A DNA stretch of 64,000 nucleotides from Vicugna vicugna. Lineage: Eukaryota. This document shows, in pieces, positions 63,366-64,000 of the stretch. The stretch's first letter is position 1; the number at the start of each line of letters is the position of its first letter. A model generated the notes under the pieces. That model ran no database searches. It was not told the origin of the DNA and worked only from the letters and a program-made list of their open reading frames with translations. The stretch covers positions 2,317,779 to 2,381,778 of the forward strand of contig MU058718.1 in the NCBI GenBank assembly GCA_013265495.1. The letters run 5' to 3'. The translations under genes were made by a program, and so were the position numbers.

Positions 63366-64000
63366 TTTTTTATTGTGGTAAAATACACACAGCATAAAAT
63401 TGACCACTGGTGACATTTAGTACATTTATAATGATGAGCAATTGTTATCATTATCTAGTTCCAGGACATTTTTATGACTCCAAAGGGGATCCCACACCCA
63501 TTAAGCAGTGACTCCCTGTCCTCCCCCAACCGGCAACACTAATCTATCTCTATGAATTTTTGCACTCTAGATACTTCATGTGAATGGAATGATGTAACAT
63601 GTGGCCTTTTGTGACTGGCGTCTTTCACTTAGTATGTTTTCCAGGTTCATCCACGTTGTAACAGGGGTCAGTACTTCATTCCTTTCCGCGGCTGAATAAC
63701 ACTGATTTGTATGATTATACCACATTACGCTTATGCATTCATCAGATAACGAACATTTGGATTGCTTCCACATTTTGGCTATTGTGAATAGTGCTGCTAT
63801 GAACGCTGATGTACAAGTATCTGTTTGCGTCTCTGTTTTCAGTTTTTGGGCTACATTCCTAGGAGTGGAATTGCTGGATCATTTGGGAATTCTATATTTA
63901 GCTTTTTGAGGACACCCAAAATGTCTTCCACAACAGCTGCACCATTTTACATTGCTACCAGCAATGTATAAGAGTTCCAATTTCTCCACAAGTAATCGTT
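63366..64000 (-). mobile_element. LINE-1 3' end (L1MB-like), runs off window
   Basis: TTTTATTGTGGTAAAATACAC...TTTCACTTAGTATGTTTTCCAGGTTCATCCA...CCTAGGAGTGGAATTGCTGGATCA; ORF 63576-63773 MWKQSKC...TTWMNLENILSERRQSQK. Confidence 0.93.

Overview
Mammalian (eutherian) nuclear DNA, roughly 40% GC, CpG-depleted and rich in interspersed repeats. There is no prokaryotic gene organisation, CRISPR array, rRNA or bona fide tRNA gene, and no CpG-island promoter. Seven copies of a tRNA-derived SINE of the camelid vic-1 type point to a camelid genome (alpaca/llama/camel); this is inferred from recalled repeat consensus, not from a search. Much of the window is L1, L2, MIR, MaLR/ERVL LTRs and DNA-transposon relics, and most ORFs in the supplied track are repeat-derived or chance. 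The main non-repeat signal is a series of AG...GT-bounded exon-like segments on the minus strand from about 55 kb to 2 kb. Several neighbours are phase-compatible, those at 26-53 kb have open frames, and most of those at 2-14 kb carry one in-frame stop each. This looks like an unidentified multi-exon gene or unitary pseudogene; I could not recognise the protein, and some segments may be chance. Other notable items: a MER41-like solo LTR with a tandemly duplicated TTC-N4-GAA (STAT6-type) motif about 2 kb from a PU.1/MITF/RUNX/ATF motif cluster, a 78-bp TG...CA LTR-end fragment, an L1 with a short 3' transduction inside a perfect TSD, and a CpG-retaining patch within ancient repeats. Repeat subfamily names are from memory and old-repeat boundaries are approximate.
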